A DNA stretch of 63,622 nucleotides, filler included, from Sanchytrium tribonematis (Eukaryota), in the NCBI GenBank assembly GCA_018985235.1. It is 7 parts of 7 records of this genome, joined end to end, with 100 filler letters (N's around TTAATTAATTAA, not from the genome) between each part and the next. Parts side by side here need not be neighbours in the genome. Positions count along the whole stretch, not along the records: positions 1 to 28,844 come from JADGIG010000056.1; positions 28,945 to 34,682 come from JADGIG010000580.1; 5 more parts are not named here. One strand, given 5' to 3'. A program made the translations under genes and the position numbers. This document shows positions 20,433-31,486 of the stretch, piece after piece (the first letter of the stretch is position 1; each line of letters starts with the position of its first letter). The notes below the pieces were generated by a model. It ran no database searches. It was not told the origin of the DNA and saw nothing but the letters and a program-made list of their open reading frames with translations.

Positions 20433-22998
20433 ATGAGCTTTCGTGCTTCACATTTGAAGAGTATCTTGGATCACCTTGGGCAGGAGGAATATACTCGAAT
20501 TGTTAACGCAGCTCGATACAATGATCAAACTCAATTAGGTCAATTGGTATCTGAAATGGATCCTCGTGATTTTGACTTTGCAATCCATTTTGTGAACAAA
20601 ATTAAGGAACGATTCAATAACAATGTCAGTATTTACAAGCAATTTCTGGATATTCTTAGCACATATAGGAGAGATAAAAGAACAATAGTTTCTATATACA
20701 ATAAGGTCAAGACCTTATTTTCGTCCCAACCAGATCTGTTTGAAGAATTTCAGAAATTTTTACCTGACCCTACACTAGGAACTCAGCCAGTTCAAGAAGA
20801 GGATATACAATTGCAATCTTCATTTGTTTCTCCGGAGGAAGTTGCATTTTTTGATAGAGTTCAGGTTTTGCTGGGCTCTAAAACTGTGTATGAAGAATTC
20901 TTAAAGGTAATTAATCTTTATAATCAAGATATCATCAACAAAAATATCTTGGTAGAGAGAGTTGCCTATTTTTTACAAAAGTCTCCAGAATTATTTTCGT
21001 GGTTTTGTAACTATGTAAATTTTAAACCTCAAGATAATATTAGGCGAATTGTTAATCAATTTCATACAAAAGGAATCACTTTAGATGAGCCTTTTTCATC
21101 AGTTTCTGTAAAACAGCATTTCGACAAAGACCATTTAGGATTGGGCCGCAAAGATGTTCAACTTTGGAAAGTATCTGGAAGCTACAGACTTATGCCAGAA
21201 TCCGAAAAGAAATCACCATCATCAGGCAGAGATCCTCTTTCAAATAGTGTGCTAAATGATACTTGGGTATCCCATCCTACATGGGCCAGTGAAGATGAAA
21301 ATTTTAGTGTTCACAGAAAAAATATTCATGAGGAAACCTTACATAGGACTGAAGATGAGAAATTTGAGCTTGATATGAAAATTCTTACTAACGATGTTGC
21401 AATTCGAGTACTGGATGCAATTTTTAAAGATGTAAGCGCCATGTCTGAGGAAGATAAGAAAGTTTTTGAATTGAAAGAAGACGATTTTCCAACAACATTA
21501 TACAAAAAAGCAGTCAGGCAAATATATGATGATGTGCGAGGAGATGAAATGATAAACGCAATTCAGAAGAAACCTTCCATCGCACTGCCAATAGTACTGC
21601 ATAAGCTTAAGATGAAGCATGAAGAGTGGCAAAAAGATAGACGGGATCATGATCGTGCTTGGAGAGACAACTTCAAGAAAAGTTTTTGGAAAGCGCTTGA
21701 CTATCAGGGTGCGAATTTTAAATTACAAGATAAAAAGTTTTTTACTCCCAAGACTTTATTCCTTGAAATAGAAGAACTTCATGCCAGCAAGCAGAAGCTT
21801 TTCAAAAACAAAAGTATACCAGAACTGCAAGCTGACCTAACTTTGGATTTTGACGATGATACAATACTGAAATGTGTAATTTTCTTTACCAATCTTTTTA
21901 AAAGAAGTTTAAGCACTACAGAATATAAAAAGTTTGAGGAGTTTGTCAATTTGTTCCTGTTACCATTATTTAATTGTCCAATTGATGACCCTTACGATTT
22001 ATATAACCCTAGTGAAATGAAGGACGATACAGAAGATTTAGAAATGCCTGATACGCTAGGGGATGTCTTTTTCCTTCCAAGTGCATTTTATTTAAGTTTG
22101 AAACTAATTCACTTATTATTCGTTAGGATTAAAGAATTGAAAAAATCCAATGAGGCATTGATAAAAGATCCTCCAAAGGCACCCAACAAAGAAGCAGTAC
22201 TTTTAAGTTATGCCTGTGTTCCGAATCCAACCGAGCAAATACACGGAGATAGATACGAATACATAATCACTCAACTCTATCAATACGTTCAGACATTTCA
22301 GGATCAAAATACTTTCGAAGAAAATTGTCGAAAATGCTTTGGTCTTGACGGGTATAAAGTATTCACTGTCGACAGAATATTGCAAACATTGGCTAAAGCT
22401 GTAACTAACATTTACTTAGGTCATTCCATTATTTAATGAGGAAGTATTTCAGAAGCATATGGAGTTGATACAAACGTATGCGAATATTCAAATTGATGAT
22501 TACAGCAGTCAAGAGCAATATTTAGAAAAAGCAAAAGAACTTATAAAAGGCGATGATTATGTATTTAAAATATGGAGAGAAAATTCCACTTCCACTTTTA
22601 ATATTCAGCTTATCTTAAACCAAAATTCTGCCGAGGAGATTCCAAATGAGGAATGGTCAACATATGTCGACAGCTTTTTGCATGCACCAACAGCGGAACC
22701 CATTGATTTGGGACCACAAAAGCCATTCTTAAACAGGAATGTCAATCACGAACTTAGTGAACACGATATCGTCCTCAAAAATGGTATGCAATTCAAATTG
22801 AAGGTTAATTCATACATAATTGAATATATTCAGGATACTGAAGATGTTTTTGAGAGAATCCGAGAAAGTGCTGCCGTTGCACCTGACCTTGAAGCTCTCA
22901 ATCTTAAAGTCCATGAATTACTATCGAAGGCTGTTGATACCTCACAAGTCGACGCAATAGACGAGTGGTATGAAATTGAACCTGTTAGATACGAATAA
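20433..22998 (+). CDS. SIN3: Sin3 histone deacetylase corepressor; exons 20433-22400, 22420-22998
   Basis: PAH domains, HDAC-interacting domain (SYRLMP..VLNDTWVSHPTWASED) and C-terminal PFLNRN. A 19-nt intron joins the two ORFs. Confidence 0.92.
22401..22419 (+). other. 19-nt intron GTAACTAACATTTACTTAG
   Basis: Phase-0 removal fuses the 20400-22436 and 22459-22998 ORFs (KA|VIPLFNEEVFQKHMEL). Confidence 0.88.
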
Positions 22999-23000
22999 AT

Positions 23001-23771
23001 TTATTGGAAACAATTGTAGTGCTCACCCAATGCCAAGTAATGTTTTAGATAAATTAATTTGATGCAAAATTTGGACTTTTTAGTGTTAGAGATTATTTGA
23101 GGTCCGTCAATTGAGTAGACTTTGATCTCCATATTGAAGATGGAACTTAAAGCGTTGAGCTCCAGATATCCTCCCCAATGGTTTTTTCTCATTTCTTTTA
23201 AATAAATAGCGAAAGGCTCCTCATCGCCATAGAATGGTTCGAAATCTTCAAGATGCGCTTCGATATAGTCGACAGACAGATTCCGCAGCTCCTTTGCCGT
23301 TTTGCTAATTTTGTGTTTGTGTAACTCAAAAGAAACACTGGTAAACATGCAGTCTCCATCGCCCTCCACATCCTGCATACTGTCAAGACTCAGATGGTCA
23401 TTTTCAAGAATAATTTTTAACTTGTCCAACTCAATTTTCTTGTAATCAATTCCAGGATTCTGAATGAGCTGTTTCTCTAATTGATCTTGCTCTTCCTTCC
23501 TTTTTCTAGCCCTTTTTTCTTGTCTTGACAATTTTTTGGTTTTTGGAGTTAAATTATCACCGTCTTCTAAGTTTTGTTTTTCATCACATTCTTCACTTTT
23601 GTTATTCTCCAATTCTTCTTCCCATTTTATCTTTGCTTTTTGAATAAGTTTCTTGTGCTCTTTAGAATGGAATTCTTTTTTCAATTTTTGTAAGTGACTT
23701 TGTAATTGCTTTTCTGGATTTTTGTTGCTAGAATAGACCGGTGTCGGAAGTGGCTTAAATTCAGTGTGCAT
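23001..23771 (-). CDS. OTU-domain deubiquitinase (OTU2/OTUD6-like)
   Basis: VEGDGDCMF, HWGGYLEL and LGEHYN catalytic motifs. Confidence 0.88.
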   Translation of the reverse strand: MHTEFKPLPTPVYSSNKNPEKQLQSHLQKLKKEFHSKEHKKLIQKAKIKWEEELENNKSEECDEKQNLEDGDNLTPKTKKLSRQEKRARKRKEEQDQLEKQLIQNPGIDYKKIELDKLKIILENDHLSLDSMQDVEGDGDCMFTSVSFELHKHKISKTAKELRNLSVDYIEAHLEDFEPFYGDEEPFAIYLKEMRKNHWGGYLELNALSSIFNMEIKVYSIDGPQIISNTKKSKFCIKLIYLKHYLALGEHYNCFQ

Positions 23772-23792
23772 AAATTTGCAAAACGGAGGGGA

Positions 23793-24407
23793 ATGAGTGA
23801 TTCTACTCATGTGTTCGCTAGATTACATGAAATAATCGATTTTTTAAAAAATGACACACAGCCTCACTCTATAGAAGCCATATATAAGAGGTTTAAAATT
23901 GATGATGAATTACAAGGTCTGATTAATAAAAGTGATCAAGTACTATATAATCGGGAAAATAGAACATTTCAATTTAAACAAAAATACACCTTCAACAACA
24001 AGGATAGTGTATACCTTTACATTAAAGATAATTTCTATTTAGATTTAGCAGCAGCTAAAAAATTTTATGAAAAAGTTTTGGACGATATTTCAGAACTAGA
24101 AAGCGAGAAAAAAATAAGTGTGCTAAAAAATAAGCAAGATCAACCTAAGCAGGCTTTTCTAAATTTACATTCAGATATTCCCGAAGCTGATGAAATATTT
24201 CGCGATGCTTGGGCTAATGTGAAAATTCCTGAATTGCCACAACTTAAAGAAATATTAATCAAAAAAGGGCTCTGGAAAGTAGAGAAATCAGAGGTAATAA
24301 TTGAACCTAGAATAGAGCCTATTGTTGCTCCAAAAGCTATCAAAAGAAAGAGAAGAATGTTTCAAAAGAAAAGGACAAATTTACACATGTCTCCTGAACC
24401 ACTTTAA
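23793..24407 (+). CDS. TFA2: Transcription initiation factor TFIIE beta subunit
   Basis: HVFARLHEIIDFLK, FQFKQKY, FRDAWANVKIP, C-terminal TNLHM. Confidence 0.8.
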   Translation: MSDSTHVFARLHEIIDFLKNDTQPHSIEAIYKRFKIDDELQGLINKSDQVLYNRENRTFQFKQKYTFNNKDSVYLYIKDNFYLDLAAAKKFYEKVLDDISELESEKKISVLKNKQDQPKQAFLNLHSDIPEADEIFRDAWANVKIPELPQLKEILIKKGLWKVEKSEVIIEPRIEPIVAPKAIKRKRRMFQKKRTNLHMSPEPL

Positions 24408-24421
24408 ATAAAGACAATTAT

Positions 24422-24751
24422 TTATTCTTTAGGTGCAACAATATCAGAGTCACCAGCATCTGTAATAGTCACTGTACCGACTCTAAAGTATTTACCACAA
24501 GCAGTTCCTAATTCAACATTTGTACCAGAGTAGTAAAACACCTGAGATTTGGCCAACATAGCGTAATATTCGATTTCTGATTTACGTAGAGGAGGAGTAT
24601 TAGAAGCTAATAGGATCATCAATGCTTTTCCTTGCCTTAAGGTTTTCAAAGCCTGTTTATATCCCAAAGAATATTTTCCAGATTTCATGACTAATGCCAA
24701 TTTGGAGTTGATGTTTTCTTTAGTATTCTTTGATTTCTTCGAAGCTGACAT
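24422..24751 (-). CDS. RPL30: 60S ribosomal protein L30 (eL30), intronless
   Basis: [30 protein letters not shown]. Confidence 0.97.
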   Translation of the reverse strand: MSASKKSKNTKENINSKLALVMKSGKYSLGYKQALKTLRQGKALMILLASNTPPLRKSEIEYYAMLAKSQVFYYSGTNVELGTACGKYFRVGTVTITDAGDSDIVAPKE

Positions 24752-24858
24752 TTTCCGAAATCAAGCGCAACTATAGTAAGCTGCAACAAATACACACAAC
24801 AACACGTGAATTATTTCCTGACAAATCTCCGATCTCCTTAAAAACTCAAACAATCGAC

Positions 24859-25680
24859 ATGACTTGGCTTAAAACCTTGACTGCTGCTGCTATAAAGAAA
24901 TGCGACGTTGAAGAGGAATTTGTACTTATGCTACTCACAAGCTTTGTCAGTCTTGAACCAATTCTTATTCTTTGCAGCGACTCAAATTATATTGAAAGTA
25001 CAATAGAATGTTTCGCTGATTTTTACACGTTGGATGCCTCAAATTGCTTATTATCACACATTGTTGATCTACTGAGTCAATATAATCCAGGTTTTGTTTT
25101 GATCACCAACCTTGACAGAGCGCCGGAAAAATTGCAGGCTTATATTTCATTTATAATTAATAATGTTCCCATTCCATACCGCTCTGAACCTTTATCTTTC
25201 AAGAAACCGAGATTCGTATTTAGTGCAGACCCCGATCGAATCACTGCAATTGAAATTTCGTTATTATCTGACATCCCTTTATGTTATATATATCAGAAGC
25301 AATTTATTCCACTAGAGCCGGATGAACTCTTGTCCCGAAATTTTCTGGAAAATCTAAGTGTTAAAATAGACCATGTGTATTTATCACCTCATATGAATAT
25401 TCTTATTCATAAATTCATTTCAAATTGCATTGATTGCGAAAATGTGGAAAATTATTTGGGATCCAAAAAGCAATTTATCAAAGTTTTGAAAGCATTGGCG
25501 GTTATTTTGGATAAGGATTTTATTACAGAAAATTTAATCTTGGCCATATGTGAGAAAGCTATGCTTCATAAGTTAGTATACGTCGATGAAGTTCCAATTT
25601 GCTTGCCTGTGGAAAAAAGATCTCATATTGAAAAGAGAAAGCGAATAATCATTGAGACTGCAAAAAGCCTTATTCCTTGA
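24859..25680 (+). CDS. Degenerate AAA+/chelatase-like protein (Mtc2-like)
   Basis: VLITNLDRAPEKLQ segment and a C-terminal lid-like region. Confidence 0.4.
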   Translation: MTWLKTLTAAAIKKCDVEEEFVLMLLTSFVSLEPILILCSDSNYIESTIECFADFYTLDASNCLLSHIVDLLSQYNPGFVLITNLDRAPEKLQAYISFIINNVPIPYRSEPLSFKKPRFVFSADPDRITAIEISLLSDIPLCYIYQKQFIPLEPDELLSRNFLENLSVKIDHVYLSPHMNILIHKFISNCIDCENVENYLGSKKQFIKVLKALAVILDKDFITENLILAICEKAMLHKLVYVDEVPICLPVEKRSHIEKRKRIIIETAKSLIP

Positions 25681-26032
25681 GGCAGTTATTCCATATTTCT
25701 ATTTCTTCGATCTCAAGAATAATTGTTGCAATTTCATGCACAGTTTTGTCGAAAAAAATTTCAATTTCCTCCAAGATTTTAGAATCGTGAAAGCTGTCAA
25801 TAAATACATCTGGTAACTTAGAACATAATATTATTAATTTGTCTAATAGATTTAGTGCTATTTCGTCCTTAATTTCTAGTCTACAATATGCAAATTGTTT
25901 TTCAAAGATCATTAATTTTTCAATGGATCTGGAAACGTCTCTCATATCTAATTTAAAAGCAATTTCGCGAACGCTTCCGAATTCTTTCATGAAAGCTGAT
26001 TTTGTGACAAGTAGTCTTTGATGGGTTCGCAT
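25670..26032 (-). CDS. Hypothetical protein
   Basis: ORF fills the space between neighbours; no motif recognised. Confidence 0.4.
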   Translation of the reverse strand: MRTHQRLLVTKSAFMKEFGSVREIAFKLDMRDVSRSIEKLMIFEKQFAYCRLEIKDEIALNLLDKLIILCSKLPDVFIDSFHDSKILEEIEIFFDKTVHEIATIILEIEEIEIWNNCLKE

Positions 26033-26051
26033 TGAGTTTGAAACCCGAAAA

Positions 26052-27476
26052 ATGGAGAAAAAATTTATAAATTTCTTTAAGCAATTTAATAACAAAAAGT
26101 GGATCGCTATTGATGTGGAAGGAACCGCTTTGACACCTTACGCAGTTGGCTTTGGTCTAAGTGAAGTTGGAGTATACACACCAAGAAGTTTAAGGCTTGA
26201 AACAATTAAACCTTTTAAAAAACACATTCTAGTAGGATGTGGTATGGAAAATGACATCAGCAGACTCAAAAATATCAACCATATTGAAGATGATCAGATT
26301 CATATCGATATCCAGCTTCTCGCAAAGTCTTTTGGAATTAAAGATTTGAAGCTCAGCTCATTAGCCAAATTTGTCAATGAAAGTAAGAAAAAGTCGCCAG
26401 GATTGTCATCTTGGAGCAACTCAACGAAAGAACTTCAAGAGTACCTTTCAAATGATGTTAGAATCACAGCTAAAATATTTCAATTCTTTGTGGCTGAGAG
26501 TATAAAAAGATCACATACTTTGTCCAGAATGATTCTAAGATCCACAATTGGCGATGAAAAACAATTGCTTGGCCACATAAAATTTAATTGCGGCAATATA
26601 TTCATTCCAGTCAACCATATTGTACATCAAAAAGAGATATGGAACTGCGTTCACACAAAGTATGCAACCACAACTAACATACAACAGCGTGAATCATATA
26701 TATTAGAGCTAATTTCGGCGTGGAAACCAGATGCTCCCATTGTTAAAGTGTATTCCTCAGTGAAAGGCAAACTAAAGAAAGAAAATATTAAAAATCTAAG
26801 CATGGCTTACGACGTAATGCAGACATCCCTTAAAATTGAAGATGACGATCAACCAAACATTGCCTTGCTTCTAACCACTGCGTTTATGACATGTAATACA
26901 TTAAATAATGTGCCTAAACTCGATATAGATTCGTTGGACAATAAGATTAAATTGCTTGTCACAAAAAATCTGAATGTCAAAACTAAAAAAGAAAATAAAA
27001 TTATCAAAAGCTATCACACGAAAACTAAATTGTTAAACGCCCTTTCAAAAAATCCCAAGAATCAGCCAATGCTGAATAGCCATACATTTGAAAAATTAAT
27101 ATATCAAGCATGGAGCTTTTTCATCAGTCAGGGAGATTTAATAATAGTTCGAAGTCATTTGCTGCACTTACTTCATCAAATTAGTCCTAAACTTATTGAT
27201 GCCTACAATTGCACTGAAAAACAACTTGGCTTACTTAGATCCGACAAAGTAAAACTAGGTCAACTGGTTGAAGAGTTTAGAGCAGAAATAGCAGGATTAC
27301 CTGGAAAGACTGTAATCGTGGCAAAAGACTGTGAAATAAAAGTCTGTCAACTAATGGCGCTGTGGTATATTTATAAGACAAAAAAAAATAGTGTGACTTA
27401 TATCTATGGCGGTGTTCAGGTCGATGATCATACTCTAAGAAAACTGATGGAGCCACATTTGAGTTTTGATTTTTAG
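26052..27476 (+). CDS. DnaQ/DEDDy 3'-5' exonuclease domain fused to an unknown C-terminal region
   Basis: ExoI IAIDVEG, ExoII LVGCGMENDISRL, LKLSSLA, ExoIII YLSNDV. Confidence 0.7.
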   Translation: MEKKFINFFKQFNNKKWIAIDVEGTALTPYAVGFGLSEVGVYTPRSLRLETIKPFKKHILVGCGMENDISRLKNINHIEDDQIHIDIQLLAKSFGIKDLKLSSLAKFVNESKKKSPGLSSWSNSTKELQEYLSNDVRITAKIFQFFVAESIKRSHTLSRMILRSTIGDEKQLLGHIKFNCGNIFIPVNHIVHQKEIWNCVHTKYATTTNIQQRESYILELISAWKPDAPIVKVYSSVKGKLKKENIKNLSMAYDVMQTSLKIEDDDQPNIALLLTTAFMTCNTLNNVPKLDIDSLDNKIKLLVTKNLNVKTKKENKIIKSYHTKTKLLNALSKNPKNQPMLNSHTFEKLIYQAWSFFISQGDLIIVRSHLLHLLHQISPKLIDAYNCTEKQLGLLRSDKVKLGQLVEEFRAEIAGLPGKTVIVAKDCEIKVCQLMALWYIYKTKKNSVTYIYGGVQVDDHTLRKLMEPHLSFDF

Positions 27477-27505
27477 TAAGGGGCAACATTTCAAACTTTC
27501 AATGG

Positions 27506-28471
27506 ATGCTTACATTTGTAAATGTGATTCAAATATTACTGATCTTAATCACCTCTACAACGCTCTCCAAATACTCTAGCACTCGATTTGATTTGGCATT
27601 GATAAGCGTGTTTTGCGGAATATTCGACCAAGAATTGGGTATGTACCTTAAATATCCTGCAATTTATGTTTATTTACCTTTGAAATATTTTTATTATGAG
27701 AATGAAAGCAAATATGATTCTTTGAAAGAATATTTTTTGATGATTTTAATGATTGTGCCATTTTTACTTTGCTTCTCATTTGCAACCCTAAATTTAATTG
27801 TTCAAGTAATTTCATTATTAATGGTACCTATTGCACATGCGAAAGGTTTGTGTTTTTTAATAGCATGGGTTCTACACCTGCCTATTCCATTAAACTATTC
27901 GTCTCAAGTATACACCATGATTAAATTATTATCCGGAAATATTGACAAATTAAATTTTCAAATCTTGTATCTCAAAAAGTTCCAAGATGTAACCCCAAGT
28001 GGCTTGAAAATAAAGCAAGAAAAGCTAGATTCCAAAAGAAGCAAATTGTTCGATCATGTTCGAAGCATATCAACATTGAAAGAAAATAGTTTATTTTTAG
28101 CTTCTTTGCTGTCAATCTCCTTTGCTTTATTGTATTCTGTTGTATATAGATTGTCTTCTAGTTTCAGATTATTCGGATTAGGACATTTACCGAATTACAG
28201 CTTTCACATTGATCAAGTCGTTGTAATGTTTGGTTCTTCCCATTTGCTAAAAGACATTTTTTTGCTTGAACCACTCTTTACTCTCAAATTTCACAAAAGA
28301 TTAAGAAAAAGAGGTTTGTCTACAAATCTCAAAAATGAGGGTGCCTTTCTGTTTAATGTCGCTTTGGTAACCTTGACTAGTTTCACATATGAGATAACTT
28401 CCTTATGGCTTCACTCACTATACCACATGTACTATATTGTTGTAATGATACTTTGCTTAGTATTCATGTAA
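27506..28471 (+). CDS. Multi-pass membrane protein of unknown function
   Basis: Multiple hydrophobic segments. Confidence 0.55.
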   Translation: MLTFVNVIQILLILITSTTLSKYSSTRFDLALISVFCGIFDQELGMYLKYPAIYVYLPLKYFYYENESKYDSLKEYFLMILMIVPFLLCFSFATLNLIVQVISLLMVPIAHAKGLCFLIAWVLHLPIPLNYSSQVYTMIKLLSGNIDKLNFQILYLKKFQDVTPSGLKIKQEKLDSKRSKLFDHVRSISTLKENSLFLASLLSISFALLYSVVYRLSSSFRLFGLGHLPNYSFHIDQVVVMFGSSHLLKDIFLLEPLFTLKFHKRLRKRGLSTNLKNEGAFLFNVALVTLTSFTYEITSLWLHSLYHMYYIVVMILCLVFM

Positions 28472-28505
28472 ATAAAATTGATAATTTTTCTTACAACTCC
28501 TTTCC

Positions 28506-28844
28506 ATGCAACTTGCCGAGGCTTTGAAATCAAATGACTCCAAAATTTACTTTCAGTATGAAAAATACAGCCGCAACAACCAGCTTAAAGACGAAAATTA
28601 TGCAATTATCAAACACATTGTCGATAGTTCTAAAGACTTGGCCCAAGATCTAGCCACAATTGCTAATAAACACGGGCTAATTAAACAAAATATCTCCAAG
28701 ATTGTGCAGCATATTTTGGATACCAAAAATCCGTCCCAAAAACAGTTGTTGGATTTATATGAAGTAACTCAAAATAAGATTTATTTAGAAGGTCAATATG
28801 CAAAAATTGTTTTACTACTCAGCAAAAATGATCCTTCAAAATTA
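28506..28844 (+). CDS. Hypothetical protein, truncated at contig end
   Basis: Open frame running into the linker. Confidence 0.45.
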
Positions 28845-28944
28845 NNNNNNNNNNNNNNNNNNNNNNNNNNNNNNNNNNNNNNNNNNNNTTAATTAATTAA
28901 NNNNNNNNNNNNNNNNNNNNNNNNNNNNNNNNNNNNNNNNNNNN
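28845..28944. other. Artificial contig linker N44-TTAATTAATTAA-N44
   Basis: Six-frame stop spacer flanked by Ns. Confidence 0.98.
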
Positions 28945-29612
28945 TAGAAGCATGCAAGTCAAAAAACATTAAAATCGTGTCATCTATGGGTGCTGGTGCA
29001 AAAGCAGATCCCTCCAAAGTGAAAATTGGAGATATTTCAGAGACATCCGAGGATCCTTTGGCCAGACGCATTAGACAGAGACTAAAAAAGAAGGGCATTC
29101 ACAAATTGGATGTTATCTATAGTATTGAAAAGTTTTTTATTAAATTGGCTGATCCAGTATCGGAGAATCCACAAGATTACAGCATTTTGCCAAATTTTAG
29201 ATCTCGTATTTTACCTGTTTTAGGACCATTACCAGCCATATTTGGCAATTCTCTAGCATTATTTGTCATTTGTAAGCTATGTAATTACCAATTAAATCCG
29301 ATAGCAACGAGATATCAGCCAAAAACATTGCAGAAAATATATCATGAAATCACTCAAAATGAGCAAGATAGCCAACTTTACCTGCATTATAATGAATTGG
29401 TGTATTTATTAGAAGAAATATATCACTATAGAAGCATCATAAGTGGACAAATACAGCAATTGACAGTGATTCGAATAAATCCAGATTTGCCACTCAAAAT
29501 TGAGAATGCCATGGTTGTCACTAAAAAAGAAGCAAATTTAATTAAAAATGGCATACTGCAATTGACAGACGACATAAGGAGCGCAGCCATGAATAAATTG
29601 AAAAATATTTGA
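28945..29612 (+). CDS. tRNA threonylcarbamoyladenosine dehydratase (Tcd1/Tcd2, ThiF/E1-like), 5'-truncated
   Basis: SSMGAGAKADP, EDPLARRIRQRL, FRSRILPVLGPLPAIFG. Confidence 0.88.
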
Positions 29613-29717
29613 GTATTTTTTTGAGATCACGCTGATTTTGAAACATAAAAGTCATTTTGGTACCAATGAGCCCATTTAGAGCGCATCAAAACTCAAACAT
29701 CCTCACTCTCCAGACAT

Positions 29718-30008
29718 ATGAGGTATATTCAACCGCCAATTCAGAAATCTGATTCATCTAATCCTCCATTAAATCTCCGTCGATCCATGCAAATCCCCAG
29801 AAATGAAATTTCTTTCAACAGATGCAAGAATTTACTAGATAAAATAGCCACTGAACTTGCTATTGATTCATCGTGTCTCTCAAAAAGACAGAAAATGAAT
29901 ATTTTGGAAATGCAGTGTTTGAGTTATTTGCAAATCAATGAAATGGCTCAAGAATTTGCAGATTTTGTAGAAAAGTGGCAAAATTATCATTTAGAAAATA
30001 AATTTTGA
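29718..30008 (+). CDS. Small hypothetical protein (may start at 29666 with a 22-nt intron 29723-29744)
   Basis: 96-aa ORF; an upstream ATG joins in frame if GTATATTCAACCGCCAATTCAG is spliced. Confidence 0.4.
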   Translation: MRYIQPPIQKSDSSNPPLNLRRSMQIPRNEISFNRCKNLLDKIATELAIDSSCLSKRQKMNILEMQCLSYLQINEMAQEFADFVEKWQNYHLENKF

Positions 30009-30102
30009 GATTTATTGATATGAAGTTGGATCCGCAAGACAGGCAATGATAGTTGCAATTCATGTATTCTCGTTTGTCTATTTTTTATGCCAATATTAGA
30101 AT

Positions 30103-30816
30103 TTATAGCAAAATTTTATTCAATTCCTCAATTGTGAAAATGGCTTCATTCAATCTTGTATGATTCTGAAATATACCGAAATACCGTTGCTTCTTAATAC
30201 TCAATTCATATTGAGGATCAAATGCATCTGAAATAATGTAAAATTCGTTTTTATAAATATAGGATCTATAAAATAAAAGAGTGGCTTTCTGAATAGCCAC
30301 GATTCTACTTGCATTTTCACCACTATATTCTTTAGATTCATCTAATGTACTCGCAAATAATTGATTATCTGGGATTTTTAAGAGTCTAAAATCAAAATCA
30401 ATGTACCAATCTACTACTTTGTTTAAATCATGAATTTTTAATTTGATATCAGATGCGTGTCGTTTTAAATGGTAATTGCATCCATGTCCCTTTATTTCAA
30501 ATGAAATGACAGGCCAAAACCACTCACAAAATTGACAATCATCTGCACAAAATTCATGACAAATATGAAATGCATTTTCAATAAACTCATTTTTATCCTT
30601 GTATGCCTTCCAATCTTGATCCATTACTTTAATCTGCCACTTTTCATCAAATTTAAACTCGAAATACATTTCTGGATCATCATCTTTTACCATAAATTTA
30701 GAAGCATCCTGTTTACGCATTTGAGATGCTAATGAATAACATCCTAATTTATACGCGATTGGAAAGGATTGACTGGCAATTAATAAAGTGAAATCATTCA
30801 ATTCTTCTTCCCTCAT
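30103..30816 (-). CDS. Hypothetical protein, possible divergent F-box-like family
   Basis: 237-aa ORF with weak resemblance to 58381-59148. Confidence 0.5.
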   Translation of the reverse strand: MREEELNDFTLLIASQSFPIAYKLGCYSLASQMRKQDASKFMVKDDDPEMYFEFKFDEKWQIKVMDQDWKAYKDKNEFIENAFHICHEFCADDCQFCEWFWPVISFEIKGHGCNYHLKRHASDIKLKIHDLNKVVDWYIDFDFRLLKIPDNQLFASTLDESKEYSGENASRIVAIQKATLLFYRSYIYKNEFYIISDAFDPQYELSIKKQRYFGIFQNHTRLNEAIFTIEELNKILL

Positions 30817-31016
30817 ATTTTAGAGAAATGTGTGGCAATTTTTAGAGGGCATTTTTAATTTTGCAAATCTCCGTCTCTCCTCCTTGCAAGTCGTCCATTT
30901 GTAAATCACAGGTCATGTTCTCATTTAGTTTAATGACTTTTAATGGATCATCGCACTTGATTGGATCTCATTTCTATGATATTAATGAATTGCCCACTTG
31001 ATGAATGATTGAGAAT

Positions 31017-31346
31017 ATGAGCCAACACGTTTCTACATTTACAGAAATCAACTATTCTGACTATTGTCCGACAAATCATAGTGGTGCAACTCGTATTTAT
31101 TCTGTGAATATTCCCAATCCATCTCTTCCTGGCTCGTATTACAAAAATACAGATCATTCATCCATAATTATTAAAAAACAACCATCTCCTACAAAGCAAC
31201 TGAATGATATTAAGATACCAAGCACGAATTCAGATTACAAATTACGGATTTTATTAAGTGGTAGTTTATTTATTATCATATTTGCAATGGTGCTCATTTT
31301 TGTGATTTTGCCACATTTTAAAATACTTCCAAACTCATTTCAGTGA
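31017..31346 (+). CDS. Small tail-anchored membrane protein
   Basis: C-terminal TM helix. Confidence 0.4.
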   Translation: MSQHVSTFTEINYSDYCPTNHSGATRIYSVNIPNPSLPGSYYKNTDHSSIIIKKQPSPTKQLNDIKIPSTNSDYKLRILLSGSLFIIIFAMVLIFVILPHFKILPNSFQ

Positions 31347-31486
31347 ATATGAGCAGTTAAACGAGTTATCCTTTGTAATAAATATAATCCAATCAACTTA
31401 ATGAGAATGGCAACTGATTTACTTTGACGAATCAAGATTCATTTTTAAATGAGTCAAATCCTTTTTAGTAAATTGGGGGAATCGCC

